Shown here one piece after another: positions 25,040-37,357 of a DNA stretch of 64,000 bases (its first letter is position 1; each line of letters begins with the position of its first letter). Made by a program: the position numbers and the translations under genes. The stretch spans positions 156,736,001-156,800,000 of the forward strand of contig NC_042998.1 in the NCBI RefSeq assembly GCF_006345805.1, written 5' to 3'. The DNA is from Octopus sinensis. Lineage: Eukaryota. The notes under the pieces were generated by a model. That model made no database searches, was not told the origin of the DNA, and saw nothing but the letters and a program-made list of their open reading frames with translations.

Positions 25040-25647
25040 CTTATAAATAAGGGCAAACGAAAATATTTCTAATGCCAAATATGCCGAAATTTGACAAATT
25101 GTCCATAACCATATAATTTTTCACAATACGCACGCTACTCGAAAAAAGGTCAACAGAAATCTCTAAAAAATTCCATTATTACCATATCGGACCGATTTCA
25201 GGGTTAATTCATAAGAACCCTCCCTTCGTCAGTGATAAATGTGGCAAAGAAATAAATGAGATACACACTCATACCCATGGAAGAGGCAAACACTAAGTCA
25301 TAAGCACAATTAAGTACCCCAAATACATCCAAAATAGAAATTCCCCAGCCCATTCAAGACACGTGCGATTTGAACTGAGACTCTCACAGAGTGAGAGAGT
25401 CCGGAAGTGAACACTATTACATTCATATTTAATGTAGGATAAAATGTTTTCGAAAAAAAATTTTATCAATGGCCAGCATATTAAAAAATACCTTTAAAGG
25501 TTAAATTTATAAACAACTTATAAATAAGGGCAAACGAAAAAATTTCTAATGCCAAATATACTGAAAATTGACAAATTGTCCATAACCATATAGTGTTTGC
25601 TTCTTCCATGGGTATGAGTGAGTATCTCATTTATTTCTTTGCCACAT

Positions 25648-25701
25648 TTATCACTGACGAAGGGAGGATTCTTATGAACTAACCCTGAAATCGGTCCGAT
25701 A
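25648..25701 (+). ncRNA. Hammerhead motif (CUGACGA, GUC site); inverted copy 25183-25239 on - strand
   Basis: TTATCA CTGACGA AGGG...CCCT GAAA TCG GTC CGATA. Confidence 0.75.
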
Positions 25702-25957
25702 TGGTAATAATGGAATTTTTTAGAGATTTCTGTTGACCTTTTTTCGAGTAACGTGCGTATTGTGAAAAAATTATATGGTTATGGACAATTTGTCAAATTT
25801 CGGCATATTTGGCATTAGAAATATTTTCGTTTGCCCTTATTTATGAGTTGTTTATAAATGTAACCTTTGAAGGTATTTTTTAATATGCTGGCCAATGATA
25901 AAATTTTTTTTCGAAAAAATTTTATTCTACATTATATATATATATATATTATATATA

Positions 25958-26003
<46 letters not shown>

Positions 26004-27889
26004 AAAAGTAAAAAATATACAAACTGGGACAAGAACGTGAAACATTTAGAAGACGACACAAAAAACACGGACGGGACATTCGAAGCCCTCAATCATCAGT
26101 CAAGAACCGGATCATCTTCGCAATTTCGGCTGATTAATCTTGAGATTGCTCCGATCTTGGAAGAAAGCCTCGAATGTATACAACACAGGGGCGGAAAACG
26201 GACGATGTTACACGAATAAAAATACAAAAATACGTAAAAACAATAATGATAGCACGAATAAGAATACAAAATACGTAAAAACAATAATAACAAAACCAGG
26301 ACGTCAGGACGAGTTAAGTTTAGGGATGGCTATGGAAGAGTGCCTTAAGGTCACGGAGAACAAACAAATACGTGTTGCCACAATGACTGCTGGATGCGAA
26401 AAGGCAGTTGTCGCTGGCTGGTCACGTGAGCACAAGAGAGAGGAGAAAGGGACAGATGAAGAGAGAAAGAAGGGGAACAAGGGAGGAGAAGAAAGAGAGG
26501 GAAAGAGACAGGTCATGTGGGGTGTAAGGTGTGAGAAATGTGGGAGAGGGGGGACGGATGAAGAGAGAAAGAAAGAAGGGGTACAAGGGAGGAGAAGAGA
26601 GGGAAAGAGACAGATCAAGGGGAGTGCAAAGGGTGAAGGCAGAGAAATGTAGGAGAGGGGGGGGGAAAGAGACAGTGTAGTAGAGTCGTACCGGTGTTGG
26701 TGTGTTTATGTCCCCGTAACTTAGCGGTTCGCAAAAGAATTTGAGAGAATAAGTACCAGGCTTTAAAAAAATGGGGTCGATACATTCGACTGTAAATTCT
26801 TCAAGGCGGTGCCCTAGCATGGCCGCAGTCTAATGACTGAAACAAGTAAAATATCATATATATATATACACACATATACGCATTCCGAAGATGTACTTGC
26901 CTGTCAAGTGATTTGATTTGAGACCGTGCGTTGAAATTAAATTACAACGTGAAAGAGATATAGCCGTATTATTAGAACGGTCAATTGGCAGAATATTGAA
27001 CAAAATGTCTAACGGTTTTTCTTGCGATGTTTTGAGTTCTGGGTTCAATCCAGCGAGGTCAACTTCACTTCTAATCTTTTCGGAGTTTATAAAATAAATT
27101 ACTATTCAAATACTTCACTCGGCGGTATGGACTAATCCTCCATTCTAAAAAATTGTTGGTCTTGTGCCTAAATTGAGAGCAATTGTTATTGTTGTTGCTG
27201 TTATATATACATATATTTGATTATTTTTTTCGTTTACTATTTAACTCTTTTTGTAGGTCCTTGGTTCAGTTGGACTGTTTACAGCATAGTAAATCTGGCA
27301 CTGAAAAAACCTCTCTGGTTGTTCTAACCTTGATGTCTCAAGTGCAATAATATTGTTGCGTCGCACGCGGACCTCCGATGCCACCACGGGTCCCCCACAC
27401 AAACAGCCCGCAGACTGCTGGCCCAGAGAAGCTCGCGTGCGACAACGCTCAACAAATCAGAACCCTCTCCGGACTGTGAAGCAGCGAAACGAAGCCAGTA
27501 GAGCCGCCAACAACAACAAAAACACACAAAACGTTGCGTAGTAAAATTTAATATTTAACAACACAATTCTTCTCTTTTTCTCTTTCTTTTCTTTTGAAAC
27601 ACAGTTAACAATTCAAAGTTCTTTCTACTCTATCTTTTCTTAAAAAAAAAACAAAAAAAACAACAAAAACACATTTAACAACACAAAGTACGTTTTCTTT
27701 TAAAACATAAAAACATTTGCCAGCAACAAAGTTCTTTTCTTTTCTTCTCTGCAACTTCGGCAAAACCTGGCTAAGCGCAGGAGAGAAAGAAAGAGTTGGG
27801 AAAGAGAAATTATATATTCACTGTATGCATACGTGCAACTAAAATTTTATTATCGCCATCGCAATTTTTAAAAATTCATTGCGTAGAAC

Positions 27890-28061
27890 CAAATATAAAA
27901 AAAGAAACAACGACAACAACAAAAAATAATAATAAAAAAAACACAAATAGCAGTTAAACTAACAGTGAGACGCCATTTCCGCTCTGACAAACGGCTTTGT
28001 CAACTTGCAAACACCAGCAACTTTTTCTGTTTCTCTATAATACAAAATAATAATTGTAACT
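27890..28061 (+). promoter_or_regulatory. Putative core promoter/5' UTR of the FABP-like gene
   Basis: TATAAAA near 27895 and GACGCCATTTCCGC (YY1/ETS-like composite) near 27970, directly upstream of the ATG. The TSS was not determined. Confidence 0.35.
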
Positions 28062-28137
28062 ATGGAGCAATTTCTTGGGAAATAGATGGAAGTCAAAGAA
28101 GACATCGAATCCCAGCGAAAATTTATGGAGAAAATGG
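28062..28137 (+). CDS. FABP: FABP-like exon 1 (contains TAG at conserved Trp8, 28083-28085)
   Basis: ATG GAG CAA TTT CTT GGG AAA TAG ATG GAA ... AAA ATG G|gtatta; the phase-1 donor completes GAT (Asp) with exon 2. Confidence 0.8.
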
Positions 28138-28706
28138 GTATTATGACATTTTGATCTTTTTACCGTTCCTCTCATTTACTTTTGTACGTCTGCCGGCGGA
28201 GGTAAAGGTCACGTAGCGCACCACCTTTCAGTTTTGTGTGTGGTGTAGGGGGTGGGGCCACAGAAACCAACTTTTTCGACTGTGGAAATTCTGAATCTTC
28301 CAAAAAATCGGCATTTCAAAATTTAAATCCCACCCCAATTTCTTCATTTTTCACTTTTTTTCAATTTTCTTTTGGCGAAATACGTAGGAAAGTATGGAAA
28401 ATATGATTCTGAAAAAAAATTTGTAATTTAAATTTCGAAATGCCGATTTTTTTGCAGATTCGGAATCTCTGCAGTCGAAAAAGTGGGCTTCTTTAGACCC
28501 CCACCTCCCCCCCAAACCCCGAAAGTGGGGTGCGATCCATGTCCTTTACCTCCGCCCGCCTGCCTCTGAGTATAATGTATCACTTTGACTTTCTTAAAAA
28601 TAAATTTACCCTCTCTAAGAGCTCTCCATCAATCATCTATTTTCATTTTTGCTAGTGAGTTCCTTCGTCTTTAACATTCAGTCTCTAATCAATTATTAAT
28701 TATCCC

Positions 28707-31220
28707 CATGCAATCAAGCCTTATGCATAGCACTTACGGAAACACACCTGAAAAAGGACATAGCAGATGCGGAAATACACATACCACAGTATGTTGTACT
28801 ACGGACCGACAGAAAAGAAAGGAGTCATGGAGGAGTTGCTATGTACATCCGTGAGGACCTCACACTCCAGGTCCTTTTGTCATACTCAAATTCGGTGTGT
28901 GACACACTAATTGTACGTATAAGGCAACTTGGTATAGTTATATGTGCTACATATCGCCCTCCAGATGCCCCAAGCCATGTAGGCAAGTTTGAAGACTGCC
29001 TTATAAAAATAGATGAAGTTCTAGTCACATTAGAACAACACATAAGTGTACTTCTTATGGGAGACTTCAATCTACCCAATGTCAGATGGCCCGAGGGCCT
29101 TTCTCTCCCAGGAATGACACGATGCGAACGAGGACAGGCGAGGTCCCTCCTGAACCTCATCAACACTCTGTACATGGAGCGCGTAATACTCCAACCAACC
29201 AGGGCAGGTAACATACTGGATCTCTGCTTCACAAATAATATGGATCTCATCCATAATGTGAAAGTGACACCAACACTACTCTCGGATCACAACATGGTAG
29301 AGCTGACCATGTACGAGCCAAAGGAAAGCATGGACATGCAGCCTACAAGAAACTCTCAGAATCTTTCCTGCTTGAACTTCCATAAGGCAAACTGGAAACA
29401 AATTGAGAAAGAGATCCTCAAACAAAACTGGCCTGAATGTCTCTCCTCGCCAGACATCGACATGAAACTTCAACAATTCATGTCTGTAATGCAAGCCATA
29501 TGCTACAAATGTGTCCCAGAGAGAAAGGCCACTGTACACAGGAGCAAAATCCCCAGAGAGAGGAAAATTCTAATGAGACGGCGTACAAAAGTTTCAAATC
29601 TCCTAAACAAACAAATGTACGATATGTACGAGTTGCGTTCAATAAGTAATGCCCCTGACCCACTTCCCATAGCAGTAGAGCAACGAAACTTGGCACAGTT
29701 ATTAGTCTTTTTCTACATAGGAACCACCCAGAGTTACGCATTTCTCCCATCGTTTGATGCAGCTCTGAAGACCGTTTTTGTAGAAGACCCCCAGCTTGGT
29801 CCTCCAACCACGACGTGACTTCAGAAATCAAGGCTGCATCATCTGGGAAACGCTTTCCTTTCAAAAACAACTTCATGGCTGGGAAGAGGTGAAAATCAGA
29901 GGGTGCAGGTCAGGAGATGGGGGATGAGTTCATAGCCGCACGCCTGTGCTTCTGATCTGGCGACACGCGAGTTGTGGATCGGAGCGTTGTCCTGCAGGAG
30001 GAGGATGCCTTTGTTGATTTTGTTCCGCCTCTTGATTTTGATAGCTTCTCTTAATTTCCTCAAAAGTGAAGCATAATAGACTCCTGTAATTGTGGCAACC
30101 TTTGCCAAGAAATCTGTCATCACTACTCCGTCCTGGTCCCAGAAGACTGTGAGCATGACCTTGCCAGCGGAGGGCTGCACCCTTGCCTTCTTTGGAGGAG
30201 GTGAGTCACGGTGCTTCCACTGCATTGACTGGGCTTTGGTCTCTGGATCATAGTGATGGACCCAGGTTTCATCTTGTGTAATCAGTCTTTTGAAAAATTT
30301 TGACTCATCTTCTTGGCACATCTCCAAATTCATCCTCGCGCTATCGACGCGTTCTTGCTTCTGGAAAGGTGTGAGCAGCCTGGGAATCCATCTGGCAGAC
30401 ACCTTTTGCATATGCAAATGGTCACGAATGATAGTTTCCACAGACCCGGTACTAATCTTAACCACATGGGCTATTTGGTGAATAGTTATGCGTCGATCTT
30501 CCAAAATGGCAGCCTCAACTTGACGGACAGATGTCTCATCAATGGCAGAAGGGGGCGACCAGATCTGGGAGCTGTTTCCACAAAGTTCCGACCATGTTTG
30601 AATTCACGATGCCAGCGTTTTACAAGGTCATATGATGGGGCATCATCACCATAAGTTACTTTTATTTCATCAAAAGTCTCCCGTGGTGTGCGTCCTTTCA
30701 AATACAAAAACCGCATCACTGCTCGACACTCAACAGGCTCCGTTTCACACTTGACTCAGTTCAAACACCTGTAAATCAGAAACCACAATTAGTTCAGAGC
30801 TGTAATTTGCTACTTAATCTATAGAGGTATAGGTAATTGCACATGCAAAATTTCAGCTAGATCAAACAAATGCAAGTGGGTCAGAGGCATTACTTATTGA
30901 ACGCCCCTCGTAGGACAAGATACTGTGATAGCCTGGGCTTCCGAGGCCCACAGCTCTTCAATATCCTCCCGAAGAACTTCAGAGACCTGCATGGGGTGGA
31001 TGCAGAGGTCTTTAAAATAAAACTGGATCTCTTCTTGTCAGGTGTCCCAGATGAACCAACTTCACGGCAGGAAGTGCAGATGAGGGCAGCTGCATCGAAC
31101 TCTCTCATGCACCAAATGGCAATTGCTAAAAAGCATTCGTGAAGTAAAATCATGTAGCAACACCAAATGGCGGTGCCCCTGCATGGCCACAGCTTGTGAG
31201 CTGAAACTAGATAAAAAAAA
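28707..31220 (+). mobile_element. Second CR1-like LINE copy (APE part 28707-29628, 3' part 30913-31220), RT domain missing, interrupted by mariner
   Basis: ORF 28841 onward is homologous to 12215-13130 (MYIREDLT...YRPPDAP...MGDFNLP). 30913-31215 is homologous to 14805-15100. Confidence 0.9.
29629..30910 (-). mobile_element. mariner (Tc1/mariner, probably irritans-like) DNA transposon, full length 1282 bp, frameshifted
   Basis: Imperfect TIRs CGAGTTGCGTTCAATAAGTAATGCCCCTGACCCAC / GTGGGTCAGAGGCATTACTTATTGAACGCCCCTCG, flanked by TA on both sides. Transposase motifs RSGRP, ARWIPRLL, ITQDETW, LQDNAPIH occur in three frames. Confidence 0.95.
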
Positions 31221-33869
31221 ATCCTTGTTGACCATTGTTTATTTTTGCGGGTGTTGACCATGATCGTACATAGGTAGGTTTTTCGGTTAAACTCCAATGT
31301 TTGACCCGAAAAAAAAAATAGTGCAATAGGTGTAAAACGAATATGAAAAAAAAGCGCGCTGGCGAACGGGAGGCAGGTGGCGACTCGGAAAATTCACATC
31401 GGGAATATTCCGAGTCCTCTCACCATTTCCCCGTTTGTCGGCGAAAATTTTTTAATTCATATTCGTTTACTACACCTTATTTTACACCTAGTACTCTGTT
31501 TTTTTTTTTTCTCAGTTTTTCTGACGGAGTGGATGGGGTGCGGACTCTGATAATTCACACGATCCAGTAACTCCACTTCGACACCCGGTCACAAAACTGA
31601 AAAAAAAAATAGTATAATAGGTGTAAAACAACATGTAGTAAATGAATAGGAAGAAAAAAAATGCGCGCTGGCCGATTTTTTTGAAGATTCGGAATCTCCA
31701 CAGTCGAAAATGTTGGTTTCTGTAGCCACCCGCCGAAAAAATCCTTACAAAAACCACGTTAGTGTTTGTGTGTGAAATTATTATAATAAAACAAAATATC
31801 TTTTATATACCTCTTAAAAATCACTGGCTATATTAATTCCAGATTGCAGATTGTGGCATATTAGGTCACCGTAATTCATTCATCGACAAAAGATGTGAAT
31901 TTTCCGAGTCGTCACCCCACCTCCCGTTCGCCAGCGTACATTTTTTTCACATTCGTTTACTACATGTTGTCTTACACCTATTACACTACTTTTTTTCATT
32001 TTCTTTTTGCTTGGGTCAAACACTGGAGGTTAACCCATTTTCTAATAATTCCGGTTTCTCCCCCACCCCATCCCTTTTTTCCGAACAAAAATAAGAGATT
32101 TGAGGTATATTAGGCATCTGTAATGCATGCCGTTTGAAAGGTATATAAATACAATTTCATTAAAAGATATCCGTTTTCCTTAAAGTAACGAGGGAAAAAA
32201 TCGGACATTGTGAACATTCCGAAGTCTTCTACTCACTTCTTCAGAAGATATTTTACCCACAAATTTCGTTATAATGGTAATGTATGCCGTTTGAAAGGTA
32301 TTTATATAAAATTTCATTAAAAAAAAGACCCATTTTCCTAACAGTTATGAGGGAAAAACTCGGACCTTGTAAATTTTATTAAGTCCTCTCTTCCCCCACC
32401 CGTTGCTTACTGCGCAGTTTTGTTTTCATATTCGTTTTCTACACCCTTTTTTACACCCGTTGCACTATTTATTTTCTGATTTCGTTTCCAGGTAATAATG
32501 TCAACATTAACCAAGAATTTTAACATATTATCTCAGAGTGTAAGACTATTTACTTCATTAAAACTTATTACGTACTTGATGCAGTTGCGCACGATTGTTG
32601 TTTACATGCGTGTGTGTAGCTTCTGCAAAAACCTTCTCAAGACGTGGCAAGACTTCCGCCCGTCCCCCACCAAAAACCACCCTTAAAAAATATTTTTTTC
32701 GACACAACCCCTCTCCTTTTCGGCTGCGGGGAATACGAATCTGCAAAAAAATTTGCAAAAATCGACATTTCTAAATTACCATCCCACCCCCATTTCCTTC
32801 ATTTTAAATTTTTTTCCCAATTTTTTTTTTCAAAATATGCGGAAAAATACGGACATCATGATTCGGACAAAAATTTCAAAACATTTCTGTACTTACGGTT
32901 AGTGTTTTAGGGTTAGGGTTTTAGAGTCAGGGTTAGGGTTTTGGGGTTAGGGTTTTAGGGTTAGTATTGGGGAAAAAAGTCAAAATTGAAGAAGTTGGGG
33001 GAAATGGGGGGGGGGGATCACAATGCCGATTTTTGGCAATTTTCCGGAACCTCTGTATCCTAAAACGGAGATTTTTGGCAAAAAAAAAAAAAAATTACAA
33101 AAATAAACAAATTTGCTTAATTTCAGGAGATAGTTTTGTATAAGTGTACACTTTCTTTTTGAATATCTGCCTTTCTTTTCCCTCCTTGACCTATGCAAGG
33201 ATTCGTTATTATCAAGAAGGTGGCGAGAGTTGTCGGTATGCAAGACGAAATGCTTAGTGGCATTTCTCCCAGCTTTATGTTCTGAGTTCAAATTCCGCCG
33301 AGGTTAACTTTGCCTTCCATCCTTTTGGATGGAATAAGTACTAGTTAAGTGCTGGGATCGATATCATTGACTTGCCCACACCTGCCAAATTTCAGTCCTT
33401 AAATAGAAAGAATTATCAAGAAGAAAAATAAAAAGAGCAGTGTTATTAGTAAAAATTGTAAGTAGCTGGACTAATTGTTCAGTTAATATATTAACTCTTG
33501 TTCCTGTACATCAGGAACATAAATTTAATCTTTCTTTCTTTTTTTTTATTCTTATTTACTTTGAAAAAAGAATTATTTTATGTACAATCTTCAAATAAAA
33601 TTTATTGTTGTTTTAGTAATAACTAAATGAAAAATCAGAAAACAATTGAGATTGAATGGAACAAAAAATAAACTAACCAGTTATACATAAATGTCACATG
33701 GAAATATATGTAAATGTATGCAAGAATGTTAAATATTATACATAAAGGCCAATTAAATGTTTGTGTTTAAACTTACGTAATTTAAAATAGCTAATTCAAT
33801 AAAAAGGAATATATTTTACAAAAGAATAACAGAAAAAGGAAAAAGAAAAAGAGCATCAATGCAGCACCA

Positions 33870-34576
33870 AGTGCCTCGATTGGTTGCACATCACAAGGTT
33901 CAACAGAATCTACTGAAGCAAATCAACACACTTGCGCATTACCATTGGTGGTGGTTAGGCTAAGGCAGTGGATAACCAAGCACCCTCATGGGCATCACCT
34001 GGTACCATGGTAAGGTGAGCTACATCATTAGTGACCCAGTCACTCCAAATTTTTCAAATGTCACCAGCTGGAAGAAATAGGTCACTGCCAGGTCCTGATA
34101 CTTTAGGGTTTTGTTCCGTTCAGCTATAGAAGCAGTGACCTTCCTATTTACCACAGCATCCACGATGTGGGAGGGAGCAAGAGTCACACACTTCTTACCC
34201 AGGGACAGAGAGTAATACCATCTGGTCTCTTCCCATCACTTCTGAATAATTCCACTGGCTCTAGAACTGAGGGGATATTAATCCAAGCCAGGGCCAGCTT
34301 AATGGTTAAGTTTATCTCAGTGTGGTGAGCAAAAACCAACATTTAGGTGGAAAGACAGTTATTAACTCCCACTTTGAGTTTGATGGAGATGCAGAGCTCA
34401 TCTAGACTGAGTAGATCTCCAATGGTGGCCACAGGCAGGGCATCAATCCAGCCCCCACAAGAATTTTGCACTAGCAAAAAGTAGGTGACACCTTGAAAAT
34501 TGATCAGATTAATCAAGAAGAGAGTTGAAAGTGGCATCTGAATGTAGATTGTCACATACTCACAGCTTCCATTCAA
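33870..34576 (-). mobile_element. Restriction-like-endonuclease (CRE-like) non-LTR retrotransposon 3' remnant
   Basis: The minus strand reads GGWIDALPVATIG...IPSVLEPVELFRSDGKRPDGITLCPW...AERNKTLKYQDL, the EP-x-DGKRPDG-x-W and K-x-x-K-Y layout of RLE domains. Confidence 0.7.
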
Positions 34577-35664
34577 AGTGGATAGAGAGATTCTACAAAA
34601 CAGGATAACTATTTGAGTATTTCTCTGATAAGTTTAGTACAATCATTCTAGTTGATCATATAGTAAATTATTTCAAGTGAGCTGACATCATCATCATCAT
34701 CATCGTTTAACGTCTGCTTTCCATGCTAGCATAGGTTGGATGATTTGACTGAGGACTGGTGAACCAGATGGCTGCACCAGGCTCCAATCATGATCTCGCA
34801 GAGTTTCTACAGCTGGATGCCCTGCCTAACGCCAACCACTTCGAGAGTGTAGTGGGAGCTTTTACGTGCCACTGGCATGAGAGCCAGTCAGGCGGTACTG
34901 GCAACGGCCACGCTCAAATGGTGTTTTTTACATGCTGTCTTTTTTATAATAATTCTAGTTAATACTTATGTGTTAATTTATGAAAATATCAGTCAAGTTA
35001 GTGCTAGTTGCATAGTGCTCCCTGCATTATATGTTTACTAAAAATAATTATGTCAAGGAAAGTAATAATGACTAATATCATTTTAATTATTTCATCATCT
35101 CATCAACTCCAGACATGTTTCAGACTTGTTATGACATCAGCAAAGCAAAGTTCTCTGAAGTCCAAAAATATTTCCTTAAACAAAATATTAATTTTCTTAA
35201 CACTCACAACTCTTACAACCCTTACAACTCTTGTAATTATCGTGTGATATTAACAGTAATCAGCAAGCAGTTGAAAATGTCAGATAAACACTCTCTTGTT
35301 GAAATATTAAATAAACTGTACTGTTGTTCCATTAGGTTTCTGTTATCAAATCTCTTGCAGATATCTGGAAAAGGTGCAGCATTAAAGATAAAATTGTGAT
35401 GTAAATTGATGTCAAGTAGTTTGATTTCAACAAATGGTCTTCTACCTAAAAAACAAATTATATACCTTTTACCTTTTTAATGTGTTTCAGTCATTAGGCT
35501 GTGGCCATGCTGGGGCCTTGAACAGTTTTAGTTGAGTGAATCAGCCCCAGTACTTATTCTCTTAGTCTCATTTGTTGAACTGTAGGGATGTAAACGAACC
35601 AGCACTGGTTGTCAAGGGCTGGGTGCAATGGAACATACACAAATACAAAGATACACTCATCCAT

Positions 35665-37357
35665 ATCATCATCATTGTCATTGTCATTTAACGTCCGCTT
35701 TCCATGCTGGCATGGGTTGGATGGTTTGATTGAGGGCTGGCAAGCCAGAAGGCTGCACCAGGCTCCAATCTGATCTGGCAAAGTTGCTACAGCTGAATGC
35801 CCTTCCTAATGCCAACCACTCCAAGAGTGTTGTGGGTGTTTTTTACGTACCACCGGCATGGGAGCCAGTCAGATGGCACTGGCAACAATCTTGCTCAAAC
35901 GGTGCTTTTTATGTGCCATCGGCACGGGACCAGTCAGGTGGCACTGGCATTGACCACACTCGAATGGTGCTTTTTACATGCCAATGGCATGGGTACCAAT
36001 CAGGCAGTACTGTCATCGGCCACAACAATGACTTCAATTGACTCAACAGGTCTTCACAAGCCCAATGATTGAAAGGTACTCTTAAATGGGCCGGTTATGC
36101 TGCACTGGCATAGGCCACGCTTACAGTCTCACTTGGCCTGCCGGGTCTTTTCAAGCACAGCATATCTCCAAAGGTCTCGGTCACTTGTTTTCACCTCCAT
36201 GAGGCCCAGTGTTCGAAGGTCATGCTTCACCACCTCATCCCAGGTCTTCCTGGGTCTACCTCTTCCACAGGTTCCCTCTATTGCTAGGGTGTGACACTTC
36301 TTCACACAGCTGTCCTCATCCATATGCAGCACATGACCATACCAGTGCAGTTGTCTCTCTTGCATACCACATCTGATGCTTCTTATGTCCAACTTTTCTT
36401 TCAGGGTGCTTACACTCTGTCGTGTATGCACACTGACATTACGCATCTAGCAGAGCATACTGGCTTCATTCCTTGCAAGCTTATGCATGTCCTCAATAGT
36501 CATGGCCTGTGTTTTACTGCCATGGAAGCATGGCTGTTTGCACACATGTGTCATATAATCTACCTTTTACTCTGAGGGAGAAGCCCTTTGTCACCAGCAG
36601 ATGTAGAAGCTCTCTGAACTTTGCCCTGGCAATACTTATTCTAGCAGCTACACTCTCAGTGCATCCACCCCAGCTACTGACTTGGTCACCTCGGTAACAA
36701 AAGCTATCAACTACTTCTAGTTTTTCTCCCTAGCATGTGAAGGAAGCTGTTTTCTGCACATTTTCAGTGTTTATTGCTCCTGAACATTTGACACACACAA
36801 AACTATTTTACCAGTTAGTCTTCCTTTGATATTGCTGCACCTCTTATGTGTCCATAGCTTACACCAGGTACATCTTATGGAGTTTCTACCTATGCCTTTC
36901 CTACAGATTGAGCAGGGCCATCTACCTGAAGGGATTTGTGATTTGTCTGCCTTCCTACTATTAAGAGTTTTGGTTTTTGTTAGATTGACTCTAAGGCCAT
37001 TCAATTGTAGACCTTGCTTCCACACCTGAAACTTCTCCTCTAGTTCTGATAGTGCCTCAGCTATTAGAGCAAGGTCATCAGCATTAAGAAGCTCCCAGGA
37101 GCATCCTGTCTTGAATTCCTCTGTTATTGCTTGGAGGACTATGATGAATAAGAGGGGGCTGAGGACTGATCCTTGGTAGACCCCTACCCAGAATTCTTCA
37201 CTATACTCATTGCCAACCTTCACCTTACTGACAGCGTCCCTGTACATGACTTGTACAGCTCTCACTAACCACTCATCTTTCCCTAGTTTCCGCATTGACC
37301 ACCAGCTAAGGGATCGGGAGACCCTGTCAAAGGCTTTCTCTGTGTCAACAAAAGCCA
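35665..37357 (-). mobile_element. 5'-truncated RTE LINE copy (antisense, FABP intron 1)
   Basis: ORFs 36771-37391 and 36129-36446 are homologous to 49900-51130 (LAFVDTEKAFDRV...GRWPCSICRKG...GRGRPRKTW); (GAT)n-like tail. Confidence 0.92.

Noticed and set aside
26860-26935. CCGAAGA...GAGACCGTGCGT hammerhead-like remnant
   Set aside because: It lacks GAAA and a clear cleavage triplet; too degenerate to call.
32895-32965. TTAGGG repeats as a true telomere or fusion site
   Set aside because: The tract is short, degenerate and embedded in a dispersed repeat seen elsewhere in the window.
35110-35150. GAAACATGTC on the - strand with CTGATGT upstream
   Set aside because: The core is mutated and stems I and II rely mostly on G-U pairs; not supportable.
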